DNA of 53,402 bases, the filler included, from Sluysia triapertura (lineage: Eukaryota), in assembly GCA_046118255.1 (NCBI GenBank). It is 4 parts of 4 records of this genome, joined end to end, with 100 filler letters (N's around TTAATTAATTAA, not from the genome) between each part and the next. Parts side by side here need not be neighbours in the genome. Positions count along the whole stretch, not along the records: positions 1 to 11,377 come from JBJNIA010185413.1; positions 11,478 to 23,804 come from JBJNIA010119195.1; 2 more parts are not named here. One strand, written 5' to 3'. Positions 1 to 12,429 of this stretch are shown here, in pieces (position 1 is the first letter of the stretch; each line of letters begins with the position of its first letter). Under the pieces are notes generated by a model that was not told the origin of the DNA, searched no databases, and was given only the letters and a program-made list of their open reading frames with translations. The position numbers were made by a program, and so were the translations under genes.

Positions 1-77
<77 letters not shown>
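1..77. repeat. (ATT)n microsatellite
   Basis: Near-perfect ATT run at the window start. Confidence 0.97.
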
Positions 78-300
78 GTTACATAATGCAAGTGATTTTC
101 TTCTAAAACTTAAACTTACAAAATATCTAAGGAGTCATTTCGCCTAATATATACGATTTATACCACTATTAGAGACGTATTATTAGGATTTTTAATACTT
201 ATACTTTTTTAACACAAACTTAATTTAAAACTTTCGTTTATACCTTACAGTAGAATATGAATTAACTTCTTAACAGTTTAATTAATTATATTTTATAATT

Positions 301-645
301 ACGCAACCAGTATTAAGGTGTTGCTTTAAGAATTAATAATATCTTAGTAGATTGCGCAACCTTTCTTAAGGTGTTGCTTCAAAACAAGTTTATGAATTTA
401 GTATTTACGCAACCATTCTTAAGGTATTGCTTTAAAAAATTCAGTTTTTTGTATAAAAATTAATTAATAAAACCTAACTCACTAATGTTTATTATAAAAA
501 TGAAAAAATTTACTTATGCTAAAAGGTTACACCAAACAATAATTATAATAACAATAATAATTTTAAGTTATACAATTTAACTTAATAATTATTGTAATGT
601 AAATTTATAGTGAGATTGCGCAACTCTTTTTAAGATGTTGCATAA
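301..645. repeat. Degenerate 53-bp-period array of ~26-bp palindromic units (CGCAACC-N-TTAAGGTGTTGC)
   Basis: CGCAAC starts at 302, 355, 408 (period 53) and 619 (211 nt later, about 4 periods); GCAAC/GTTGC inverted arms in each unit (ATTGC in the third). Confidence 0.8.
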
Positions 646-2617
646 AATAAAAATTATTTTGTGATTTTATGATTCCCTATATTGGTGAATCAAAACTTAA
701 TTAAAATAAAATTACTTGTTCATAGATAAAAGAAACAATTCTTCTATAATAAGTTCCCAAAACAAATATTGTCGAAAAATCTTGTTCTGAATTTTTATTC
801 TGAATTTTAAAATTTATCGAACCTATATATTACCATTTGAAACCTTCCATATTATTTTCAGCCATTTGACTAAATTACTTAATTAAAAGAAAAATAAATT
901 TAAAACAAATTATTTAACTTTTACTTGTCTCACATTTTATTTTATCTCAATTTTTATTATCTAAATTTCATAATTTTTTAATTTGTTAATTTTTTCCTTT
1001 AATTTTATGAATTTAATTTATTTAATTATAATAGAGATAATATTAAAATTAATAAAATAATATTTACAAAATAGCACATAATAAAATACTAAAAAATAAC
1101 ATTGACAATATTAAAACAAAATACAAAAATATGCACACACTTAACATTAACAGAATTATTTATTAAGTTTACATTTGTGTACATGCATTATTTCAAATTA
1201 TAACATTAACCATGCATTAAATATTAATATTTCCAAAATAATTTTAATAAAATAAATATATTAAAATGAACGTGTATTGTTGATGTAACATAAGATTTAA
1301 GTGGACTATCCCATAATTTAAGTTTTATATCCTACACTCACAAAATAAAAGGTGTAAATAAGAGAAAACTTTGCAATAATCATCATTCGTCAAATAAATC
1401 ATTTATTCCTATTATATCAATAATTATTCGTTATAACTAAAACCCAAAATAACTTACTTTTTCCAAAAACTTTAACATTGTCTATTCTCATTTCTTCAGC
1501 TTTTCTTTACTCACACAAAAATTTCTTCCTTTTCAAAACCTTAGGCATATAATAATAATTATTATTATTGTTGTTTTATTCTTGCCATTTTTTAAATTAT
1601 TTTTATTAGTTTTTTATTTCATATTAAAATTATGCATTTAAATCTGTTAAAACAATAAAATACAATGAATAAAGATATGTGACTATGATTGAAAAAACCG
1701 AATAAGCCTTTTGCTAGTTATGCAGATGCCATTTAAGGCCTCAATTATGATAAATCGATTTCTTGCTGAACTTAGTCGATTTACCAAAATTGATAGTATC
1801 AGTAGTGATATTTGTTTGGATATGATAACAGATGTGCTGAACAGCTAATAAAAGAACATTTCCGACAATCATCTTTGCATCGCTTAAAAGAACTCGAAAG
1901 TATCTTCAAAATTCGTGAAGTGAATGTGGAAAACTGGCCACTATGGAAGGTGATCGTAGTAAAAAATGAACGAAATCGTGAATTGCGAATAATAAATAAA
2001 TAATAAGTCCGAATCGTTGTTGTGTAATGAAATTAAAGAATTACGAGAGGTAGTTTCGTTGAAGAGCAAATTTGTGGATCAAGAACAAACATGGACAATA
2101 TTGCAAACATACAATATTAAAACTGGATAAAATCATTATCATGAAAAATCTAAAAACTAGAAGATATTAGTCAGAAACAATGTCAAAAAATAACTCTAAC
2201 GAAAATGAAGGCTCACATCGATCTTTTTTTAGAACAAGTTGCTGATTGGATTAAAAAATTTCAGTATATGAAAGAAACTTTAGAAGACAGTAAATAGATC
2301 TTTGAGCTGTCATCAGTAGACTATATTTAGATTTAACAAATTTTCAATAAATATTTCTAATATTTATATTAAAAAATTAATGCATTTTTAATAAAAAATA
2401 AACCAAATCAATAAATTTTGTTTTAATAATTTCCGTAAAATAGCGTGATTACTTTATGCCGAAAAGCAGATGCATTACGTACTGATTTGAGTCATATGTA
2501 ACGCATTATTCAGAATTTAAAAATTGATGTATTTAGCCAAAGTTCATAATATTTTCCATCAAATAAAATAAAATATTAAAATTTAACCAATGAATAAGAG
2601 ATTAGTCTGTATCTTAA

Positions 2618-2764
2618 TGTTGGGGTAAGAAGGCCTAAAGTGCCATGTAATATAATGGACTAGATAAATATAAAATTGTTAGACGGGGCTGATAGTTCAG
2701 TGGTAGAGCATTCTAACTGCACAGCGAGGGTCCCGGATTCGATCCCCCCTTACAAAGTCTAACA
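2618..2764 (+). mobile_element. tRNA-containing TGTT...AACA short element, copy 1
   Basis: Begins TGTTGGGGTAAGAAGGCCTAAAGTGCCAT, ends AAGTCTAACA; TTAA on both flanks; internal tRNA-Cys-like segment from 2685 with A box TAGTTCAGTGG and B box GATTCGATCC. Confidence 0.85.
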
Positions 2765-3759
2765 TTAATAAGGCATAGAAATAATATCCTTTGCATATTT
2801 GAAAAAATCGAATTCCTAAAATAACTTTAAATTAAAGTGTAATTGTTGATCTTGAAAATCGTAAGAATGTAAATTGTCCACCACAGGCGGACCCTACGAT
2901 AGTAACGTTATTTCTAAGTTGAATTTTGTAGGAAACATATGATATCTTATAATTAATAAAATAAATTTTTTCATCAAATATGACATTTTAGTGTTGGACT
3001 AAAAAAAATTGTAATACAGTTTAAGAAAAGATTGAAATTTGTTTGAAGTTCTTCTTTATTTTTGAGACTTTGAAAGAAAATTTTTCGCATTTCCATTTCC
3101 TACGTTGGAAATAAGTTAGAATTACAACTTCAGAGATAAAACTGTACACATTAAGGTTTTAAAGTTATTTACCATTAATCAAAGTATTGAAACAATTTAA
3201 GTTATTAAAAGTTATCGATTATTAAGTTAAATGGAATAATTTTAAATAATTAGAGGCAAAAGCTCTATAAAGTTTGTAATGTCTTAACGTTTACGAATAA
3301 CTTTCAACCATTAATTATTAGGAAACATATAGAGTAAGTTTGTAAGTTTAAAGTAATAGTACACAATGTTTTATAACACACCTATTTAGCTATCTTTATC
3401 CGTCCTTCTTTTGTTTTAATTTTGCGTTTTATAAAATTTTTATTCTGCACTTAAAATATCTTCACTACTTTTTAATAAGTCATCTGTTAACTATAATTAT
3501 TTGATTTTGGCTTCTCATCTTTATAGTACAAATACTTATCACGTATATTAAATTAAATTTTAAATAATCTACATATTATTATTATTATTATTATTATTAT
3601 CATTTCAAAGTCCTAATACTTATTTTCGTCACATGAATACACATAATTTAAACAAAGTTATAATTGAATTAAAATTCAGAATTGACAATTAAAATGAAAT
3701 TAAAATGAAATATATCTTTTTTATTATTGCAACTCAATACCACATATTTAGATAAGCAA

Positions 3760-3940
3760 GTTTTGAAATTGAATTTATTGAATTGAATTCATAAAAAGTT
3801 AAAGTTTTGTTCAAATTTATTAAGCACTTAATATAATAGTTTAAATATTCTAGTAACATCTGCGGAATTCTGTTATATAATTTATCAATTCGAGAAAAGA
3901 ACAAATTAATGAGAATTTATTTTGATAAAAAATGATAGAT
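3760..3940 (-). mobile_element. Decayed LINE ORF2 C-terminal remnant
   Basis: Minus strand reads SRIDKLYNRIPQMLLEY...NKFEQNFNFL, resembling the CR1/L2 terminal R..KLWN.LP...FK..L motif. Confidence 0.35.
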
Positions 3941-5680
3941 TAACTCTAACTTTGCATAATTTAATTTATTACAAGCATTAATTAATAATGCAGCATTTAT
4001 CTCTTTAATAAAGACTTTACTACAACACCTTTAAAAAGGAATTTAATAAAAATGATCCTGTAGATGTTCATAAATTAAAAGATGTCGTTTGATATTCTAA
4101 AATATGTGAGAAAAGTACAATAGAATAAAGTAAAAGCTTAAAGTGAGTACACCAACGTACTGGACTTACCAGCTAGGGCCAGCCGTTAGATTTTGTAGAT
4201 AAGAGTAAAAAGAATTCCTTCGAAATGCAATGTTGGTTAAAAAGGAAACTTCTTTAGTTGGTCCTACTTTTGAAAATTCTGGCAATATAAATTTGTTCGT
4301 CGAATAAATCTTAGTAAATCAAATCAGTTGGTGGTAATATTGATAATCTGTTCGTCGGAGAAATTCCAGCGTTTAATAAGTCAGTGACATTTAGTCCACT
4401 CGTTCGAAAAGTTCTCGAATTACGTATAGTACAATTTGGTGGCATACTAAGTCATTCTAATTAGATCAAATTCCTGTGTGACCTGAATAAATAATTTAAA
4501 TGATTTGCGATCGAGAATTTGAAACTATGAGTAAGCTTTGTATGTTAAGTTTAATCTCTTTTAGGAGATATAAAAATACAACTCAAAATCTTAATCATCA
4601 CGTTTAGTTTCGGCTAGATAAAATCATTTTTAAAATCTTATTATAGCTTTAGAAATCTTTTCTAATAATAATTTTAATTTATTTTTATTATTATTTGAAA
4701 TAAATTGTAATATATTTCTCGTTTTTTGGTAATACATTTTGTAGTTTTGTCTTTTATTTAGTTGATTTTTTAAAGTAATTACTAAATTAACGAAGTCAAG
4801 TTCAACTGAATTAAACGTAACATTTTAATTTATCTTTAGAATTAATAAGCAGTCACTAAGCTAAAGAAGCCAATTTCAACCGAGTTGAATATAATATTTT
4901 ATTGATTTTTAAATTATAAAGTAACGACAAATACTTAGTTAAAAAGAAGCATAAATATAAAGTTTTATATTCTTAAATAAAATTAAACATAATTAAGGAA
5001 TTACATACAAGACAGTTCTTTTCCAGAATTAAGCATTTATACTAAGAAAGAGAGTAACCTTTGAGGAGAATAAGGTTTTTAGGTAATTTATATAAGAAAG
5101 TTAGAACATAAGCTAATTGTCAGAAAAAACCCTCAGAAGTTTTCTAAGCATAAAAGACTATAGATTCATAGTTTTTGTTATTAATTACAAGAAAAGAGTA
5201 CATATTCGCATATACTTTAATTACAAGAAAAGCTTTTTAAGTCTACGTGCTGTTACTTACGAGTGCCTCTTCCTAGGGTTAAAGTTTACATGGTAAGTGG
5301 ACCTTTAGAATTAAATAATCAATTTGCAAAGTACAAGAAAATACTAGCATAAATATAGAAACCGATTCATGTGAAGAAAACAAGGAAGTAATATTAAATT
5401 AATTTTATATAATTTAAAATATAACCAAAATGAAATTTTAGAAGAAAATGTATTGTCCGAAACAAATTTGATGGTGAAGTTCATAATAAATCATCACTTT
5501 CAATAATTTTGAATAATTACATTTTAGCAGAATCTTACCTCACATTATATTGTTTTTTCTAAATTTATTTCAATTTTCTAAATTTATTTACATTTTAAAT
5601 TATAAATTCAAAATATTTACCTACAAATACATAGTTTTATAATATAGTTATTTTATAATATAGTTATAGTTAATGCATAG

Positions 5681-6900
5681 TTATTTTATATTTAATATTT
5701 TAAATAGATCTTTTGAACAAACTGCAACGTATTTTTGTACTCTAATCTTTTTGTGATTATGTAAATTTCGATTGTAAAGTAAAATTATTTGTAAAAGAAA
5801 AATAATAGTATGCAAAGATATGGAACTAGAAATTTGTGATATGTATGAAAAATAATTGTTGGAAAAGAATATAAAAGTAATAGTAATGATTTTTAAATTA
5901 AACAAAAACGAATTGATAAATTTTAGTTCAAAGAAGTGTAATAAAAATATATTTTAAAATTATCTCATTACCAAAATACGATTCCTCTCTAATGTGGAAC
6001 ACATATTTCCAAAATTGATTTTGATATCGCAGAACTGAACTTTTATCACTGGAGTGTTTTATTTAATTTCTATTTGAAAATTTTCTAACCGTTAAAATAT
6101 ATGCTAATGATAAGAATAATGAAAAAATTGAAATTGTCTCTTAAAGTTACAATTGTTTCTATTATTATTTCTACAATTATTACAACATTGCCGGAGATTG
6201 CCATCAATCCATTGAAAGGCTAAAAGTATACCCCGAATTAAATACTCTAAAAACAATTAGTTTATGTGAATGTGTTGACAGATGAATCTTGACTTAGTAA
6301 AAGGTCGATTTCAGGTTTATACGAATTGCTTATAATATTTTGACTTTGACAAGTGTATAATCAAATGTTTCAAATTAGCTATCATTCGAAAAAGTTTTCT
6401 GAATTAGTAATATATAGGTCTCAGCAATGATACATTGGTGAAATGTTTCTTTTTTCTGTTGCTACAAAACTGAATTTTTGCATAAGCCTAGATATGGCAT
6501 ATACTTACGCGGAGAAAATGAACTATGAATTACTTACTTAACATAAATGATGACTAGATGAATATTCAGCATATTGATCAATACAAAGATTGTCAGGTAA
6601 AATAATAATAAAAATTTTTATCCTAAAATGGTAAATGGTAGCTTTATCTCAAATTTTGTCATCGTAAGGGGTGCATCGGTGTTTCGTTTAAAAGAAAAAG
6701 GATTAAAACTTCGTTCATTTTCTATTTTACTTTGTCGTTGAGTATTTGAATTATTTTTGGATACTACATTTACATTTAAGCACTGATTGAAGAAAAGCTC
6801 ATTTTATACTTTGGAAACGATTAAATCAAATAAATTTATCAAATAAACAATTATCAACAATACTTTTCCATGGCAGCATTAGTTACGCTGAACTTTTAAA
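5681..6900 (-). pseudogene. Degenerate LRR-containing GPCR (LGR-like) remnant
   Basis: Minus-strand fragments across stops and frameshifts: LRR-like KTFRMIANLKHLII, then IVFRVF...LMAISGNVVIIV resembling LGR TM1 (LRVFIW...A..GN..V), then hydrophobic ORF 5681..5905. Confidence 0.35.
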
Positions 6901-7740
6901 GTGTCTATTATCGACAATAGAATCCAGTCGCGTCACATTTCGATGAAATTAATTTTAAAAAGGAACAATCGCTTTATGGAATAATCTTTATGGAATGTAA
7001 TCTTCACAAAATTAGATCAGTACTAGCATACTTTAATGATATGCATTTTATCACGTTCGACAATGCGGTGTCCGTTATATATCACAAAATCGAGAAAAGT
7101 TTCAGTTTACCTTTCTCTATTTTAAACTATTCAGAAACTTCTCACTAAACTTATCCTTGTCTATTTTTATTAGGTAGTTGGATCACAGTATACATAATTT
7201 AATCAATAAAATTATTTAATTATAATGAAATGTATTAAATTTAGTAAAAGTTGTATATCAAAGCGTCTATTATAATCATTTTACATAATTATCCACACAA
7301 TCATTTTATCACGTGCAAAATTTGTAAAATTTGGTAATTCAGGAAGTTACATTTATATCATATATATTCTACATAATGACAAAGGTTAAAATTTTAATTT
7401 TAAAATTATTTAGATTTGTAGTCATTTTAACATACATAATTACAAAGTTAATTTCTAAAAATAAAAAATAATTTATTGTTTTTATATAAACGAATTTATA
7501 TTTATTACATTAATTAAATACTAATTAATTATTTAATTAAAAATAAAAAGTATGACAGAAAATAGCGTTTATGTTATACACAAAAATACTAAATATGCAA
7601 TATTAATATGGAACTTGTCGGTGAAAGTAATTATTTCATTTATAAAAATGGTTATATAATAGCGGTTTATGAAGGCTAAATAGCATAAATGTTAAAATTA
7701 ACTAACATGTCTAAAACAAAATCAGTCTCAGTAAAACAAT

Positions 7741-7840
7741 TTATGCAGAATATAAGGTGATTATAAAACTAGTGATAGAGATAAGAGAAAATATTAAATT
7801 ATCGGTAGATTACGAAATATTTAAAAAGAAGGCATAATAT
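7741..7840 (+). mobile_element. 5'-truncated LINE 3' fragment (same family as 24450-25560)
   Basis: GATTACGAAATATTTAAAAAGAAGGCA matches AATTATGAAATATTTATGAAAAAAGCA of the minus-strand LINE end; upstream TGCAGAAT...GTGATAG also aligns. Confidence 0.6.
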
Positions 7841-8004
7841 ATTAATTGGTGTGATTTTTTCCACCATACTTAAATCTTACAGCAAAATGAGTTTATTTTA
7901 CGGATTAGGTTGATTATCCACAACTTATAACATAGAGTAGATGCATTTGTAATTTTTTTAAATTAAGTAATTCAAATCTAAACTGCTTAATATGAGATTA
8001 CTTA

Positions 8005-8110
8005 GAACCTCTTGTTCTGACCACTAAGCTAACAGGCCCAACTAACCATTTTTTAATTATAGTTAATTATATTATTATTCTAAATGGCACTTTAGGCCTA
8101 TACCTCAACA
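8005..8110 (-). mobile_element. tRNA-containing TGTT element, copy 4 (3'-truncated)
   Basis: Reverse complement reads TGTTGAGGTATAGGCCTAAAGTGCCATTTAGAAT...GGGCCTGTTAGCTTAGTGGTCAGAACA; B box and 3' end absent. Confidence 0.75.
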
Positions 8111-8276
8111 GAGTGACAATTAATCCCTGAAATATGATTGATCTTATTTGAGATAAATTTTACCTTTACTTACTTAGTTTAAATTAACTATTAAAATGAA
8201 AATGAAAGTTGTAGTTGGTCGTTTAGCTTCGAATCGTCTATTGATTTCTGAATTTAATATTTGTTAATTTTCTTTC

Positions 8277-8434
8277 TGTTGGGGTAAAAGGCCTAAAAGT
8301 TCCATTTGGTAAAATTGAATTTAATAAAAAAACGAAATTTTAATCGGGCTTATAGCTCAGTGGTAGAGCATTCGAACTGCGCAGCGATGGTCCAGCGTTC
8401 GATCCCCGGTCAGTTCATTTTACGAAGTCTAACA
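8277..8434 (+). mobile_element. tRNA-containing TGTT...AACA short element, copy 2
   Basis: TGTTGGGGTAAAAGGCCTAA start, AAGTCTAACA end; GGGCTTATAGCTCAGTGGTAGAGCATTCGAACTGC...GTTCGATCC is tRNA-Cys-like; flanks TTTC/TTAC. Confidence 0.85.
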
Positions 8435-9962
8435 TTACCACTTCATTTTCCATTTTCGCCACAAAATGCTTTAGTCTTGTTACAAATTTCTTGGACTTTT
8501 AGTTTTAATTCAGTTTATATGTAATTTTTAATGTAGGATATTAGAGCCCAGAACTGCTATTATTATTATATTATCATTATTTCAACTGGTTGTGGTTTTC
8601 TTAATTCATAACATACGGCAAAATAAAATTGTGCAGGGTCCAGCCACAGTAAATGTCTTATGTCGTGACATGGAATATAAAATCACTGAAAATCATTAAT
8701 CGCCTTTTTGATTTTTATTAATTTTAATTTTATTATAAATTTTAAGAGGGTCTTATAATACATCAATCTTATTCCAATTATATTAAACAATTAATTCAAA
8801 ATTCTGGTTAGACTGATAAGGTACATTAAAAAACAATATCTGAAAGTCACAATTGTGTAATCAACCTCTTATAATTTATCTTGGGTTAGACTAAGTAATA
8901 AACAAGAAATATGAAAAGTTATAATTAAAATAGAAACATGAACAAAAAAGACAATAATAAAAGAAAAAAATTTAATTTACAATTAAAATCCCAAAAGAAT
9001 TTTAATTTTTGTACCATGAATTTTATTTATAAATTATTATAGTCATTACATCTGGATTAAAATTCGTTTAAGAAAGATTTTAAGTTGGAGTTTATTATTT
9101 TTATTTCTTCGAGGGAAAATAAAAATACCTTAATAAAAACAACTTACTATATCATGGAAAATAAATTGATGTTGAATTGGATGATCTATAGAAAAGGAAT
9201 TGTCCTGCTTGCGGTGGTCCCTAAATTCAGTAACAATTGATGAGAAAACCATTGAGATCGATAGAGTATCCAAAAATTGATAAAAAAATAAGATGACTGA
9301 AATTTAGGTTTACTAATTGTCATTTCATTGTGATTAGCTGCGGCTATTTACATAAAAACCAACAGCCCGATCTCGGAAAGCAAAATTATATATATTTCTT
9401 AATTTTATTTTTTATGCTACGCTATGCTATATATAAAAATAAAAAATTGACATTGAATCAAGATATTGTAATATTTTAAATAAAATTTGGATGATACTCT
9501 TGACCGAGTTATAGTATTTCTTGATCATCAAGAATGTTAAGAAATTTCGTAAAGTACCTAATGAAGGAATCGAAATTCAAGACATAAAATGTGATATATG
9601 TAGAGGATAAAGAATCTTGTATTTCAAAATCGAAGCATCAACAAAAGCTTTTGGAAGAAATGTGGTGACTCTGAAACTGATGCACTATATATCATGCTAG
9701 AAGCTTCCAAACCTAGAGGAATACCTTTATCATGTATTCAGTTAAAAGAGCTGAAACAGCATCAGACACAATTGATGTTTTAATAAGAACCTTGAAAGAC
9801 CCGAATTTTGATGGTCCGCTGGATATTTCAAAATTTTAAATTTTAGAATTGAACAATTTAGTGACAATGTTGATTAGATCATGCCAAACCTGAAATATCT
9901 GAATAAATCTTGTTTTAAAATTTAGGTTGATGATCTAGTCTAGAAAAGGGTTAGAGCATTAT

Positions 9963-10114
9963 TGTTGAGATAATAAGGCCTAATGTGCCATTTAGAATAT
10001 TATAATTGACTGTAAAATAAAATTCTTAGACAGGGCCGATATCTCAGTGGTCAGAGCATGGAACGAGAGGTGCCGGGTTCGATTTCCAATCAATCCATTT
10101 TATAAAGTCTAACA
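9963..10114 (+). mobile_element. tRNA-containing TGTT...AACA short element, copy 3
   Basis: TGTTGAGATAATAAGGCCTAATGTGCCATTT start, AAGTCTAACA end; A box TATCTCAGTGG and B box GGTTCGATTTC with a shortened anticodon arm; flanks TTAT/ATAT. Confidence 0.85.
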
Positions 10115-11305
10115 ATATGTTAACTGAAGTACAAAGTAAAATTAAACTAACTGAAGTGGTGTTTACATCTATGATAAAAATTCTAAAGAAACAGTTTGTA
10201 ATTTTTATCGTTTATTTTAGAAATTAAATTTGCTGCTTATTCTTTGCTTTTGATTTACGTAGAAACGTAGAGTAATTAAGCTTCTTTTTAATAATCCTAC
10301 TGACCTTAAGTCAATGGTTTCAACTTCAGAGTGCTTTAAACTATTTCACAGAGATAGTAAATTTTATTTCAAAGTTATATGCATCACTAAGAAATGTTCA
10401 AAAAAGGTCGTACACCAGCAGTAATTACTATCACTAAGTTTAATAAATATAACACATTTTACATTCAAAACCCTAAAATTAAGACAATAGTAAATAAAAG
10501 TAATGCTTATTTTTCAAAAATATACATAACATAAATATTATAGAAATAAAATGCCTCAACCGCCGAAAGATGAATAATACTTTAAATAATTTATTTCAAA
10601 AAAGCATTTAATATATAATTAAAATAACATTTTTTTAATTATTAAATTATTTAGTACATAAAATTTTAATAAGTTTTATGTTTTAAAACTTCACAAAAAA
10701 TATTTAATTTATACTTATTAAAATTTTCTAAATAATGAAAATGTAGTACAATAAATACAGAAAGTATTTACAGTATAATTTGCAAGTTGATTATAAAACA
10801 TTTGAAAATTAAATCATACACCCAATGCGAGAAATGTATTTGACTTTTGAAACAAAACTGAAGGTTTTTAAAAATTATAATAGATCATATTATAATTATA
10901 GTCAATCGTAAATCAAGAAATAGGGCAATTGAAAAAAAACAAAAATATATAATATATTAAAGTTAAATTTTGTACATTAATTAAAATAAAAAAACCCAGG
11001 AATTCACATTCAACTTAGTCATTGGAAAAATTAATTAAGCATTATATATATATCAGTTTTCAAATAAACTTCAAAAAAACAATTTTTTAAAAAATTTATT
11101 TCGTTAGTATAATTGAAATTATTTGTTATGTATTATAACTACAATTGGAAATTTGCAAAAATTAATAATAATGATATTTAATAATAATAATAATAATAAT
11201 ATGGTAAATAATAGAGCATAAAATAATTTAAAATGTCAATTTCAAGAAAATTAGAATTCACAAATATTAAGTGCGAAAATGATAATTTTATGTATATAAA
11301 GTCCA

Positions 11306-11377
<72 letters not shown>
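11306..11377. repeat. (AAT)n microsatellite ending at an assembly gap
   Basis: Perfect AAT run. Confidence 0.97.
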
Positions 11378-11477
11378 NNNNNNNNNNNNNNNNNNNNNNN
11401 NNNNNNNNNNNNNNNNNNNNNTTAATTAATTAANNNNNNNNNNNNNNNNNNNNNNNNNNNNNNNNNNNNNNNNNNNN
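11378..11477. other. Artificial scaffold spacer (N44-TTAATTAATTAA-N44)
   Basis: 100-nt gap with a six-frame stop linker; identical structure at three places. Confidence 0.97.
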
Positions 11478-12400
11478 GCCCATTCACACTTACTGGGCTT
11501 AATCTTTAATCCTGCAATTTCAAGACGTTGTAAAACTTGTGCTATATCTTCTATGTGTTCTTCGAATGATACTGAATAAATAAGAATATCATCAATATAT
11601 ACCATAGCGTGTGTCACATCCATCAATATGTGTGACATGCATCTCTGAAATGTTGCTGGACCTCCCGTCAATCCAAAAGGAAGAACATTAAACTCAAACA
11701 ATCCATTATGTGTAGTAAATGCTGTTTTAAATTTATCCTCTTCAGCAATTTCAATCTGCCAATAATCTGTTTGTAAATCTATGGACGCAAAAAAGGTAGC
11801 ATTATTTAGTTGATCTAGCATTTCATCAATTCGCGGTAATGAGAATGTATCTTTTTTTGTTACATTATTTAATTTTCTATAATCAGCACAAAATCTGAAT
11901 TTTCAATCTTTCTTTTTTTACCATAACTATCGGAGAAGCCCATGGAGAAAAACTACGTCGTATCACATTATTCTGTTTCATATCATCGTAAGAGCGTAAG
12001 CTAATCTGTATGGTTTTTGTTTCATAGGTTTTTCATCAGTAAGAGTTATATAATGTTTTATAATGTTTGTTCGTCCTAAGTCGGTTTCATTTTTAGCGAA
12101 AACCGTCTGAAATTTGTTAAACAATTCCATCACTATCTTGTTTTGTTCCTTTGTAAAATAGTCAAAGTGAATATCGATTTGATTTATTAATTAAACATTT
12201 TTACAGGTTCTCTGACTGATTCGATAGGTAATAAAATCCAACATTAGTCTCCTTTCTCAATATCACATTAGAATTTGAATAATTTAATATTCCCAACGGG
12301 ATAGTTTCATTATTTGCATTAACTAGCTCATTCGGTAAAATTAATGGAGTATTTGGTATTGCTCTTAATTTTGTTGTTTCAAAAAGTAAATCAAATTGGC
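11478..12400 (-). mobile_element. Ty3/Gypsy LTR retrotransposon pol fragment (reverse transcriptase)
   Basis: DLGRTNIIKH, KQKPYRL, SPWASPIVMVKKKD, RFCADYRKLN, LPRIDE, KTAFTT, PFGL..GPATFQR, YIDDILIYS, KPSKC; frameshifts upstream; cut by the gap. Confidence 0.96.
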
Positions 12401-12429
12401 AGTAGTATTTCGCTTCATTTAGGAATCTC

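Noticed and set aside
301-435. CRISPR array
   Set aside because: Eukaryotic intron-containing context, no cas genes, degenerate repeats, and AT-rich, partly similar spacers
2685-2750. Functional tRNA-Cys genes (also at ~8346 and ~10033)
   Set aside because: Anticodon and acceptor arms differ between copies and do not pair properly, and shared non-tRNA flanks show they are parts of a repeat
4740-5348. Solo LTR
   Set aside because: TG and CA ends can be chosen, but there is no convincing TSD or second copy
8306-8524. 72-aa ORF
   Set aside because: It is an incidental translation of the tRNA-bearing repeat
11422-11433. TTAATTAATTAA palindrome repeated three times
   Set aside because: It sits at the centre of N runs each time, so it is an assembly linker
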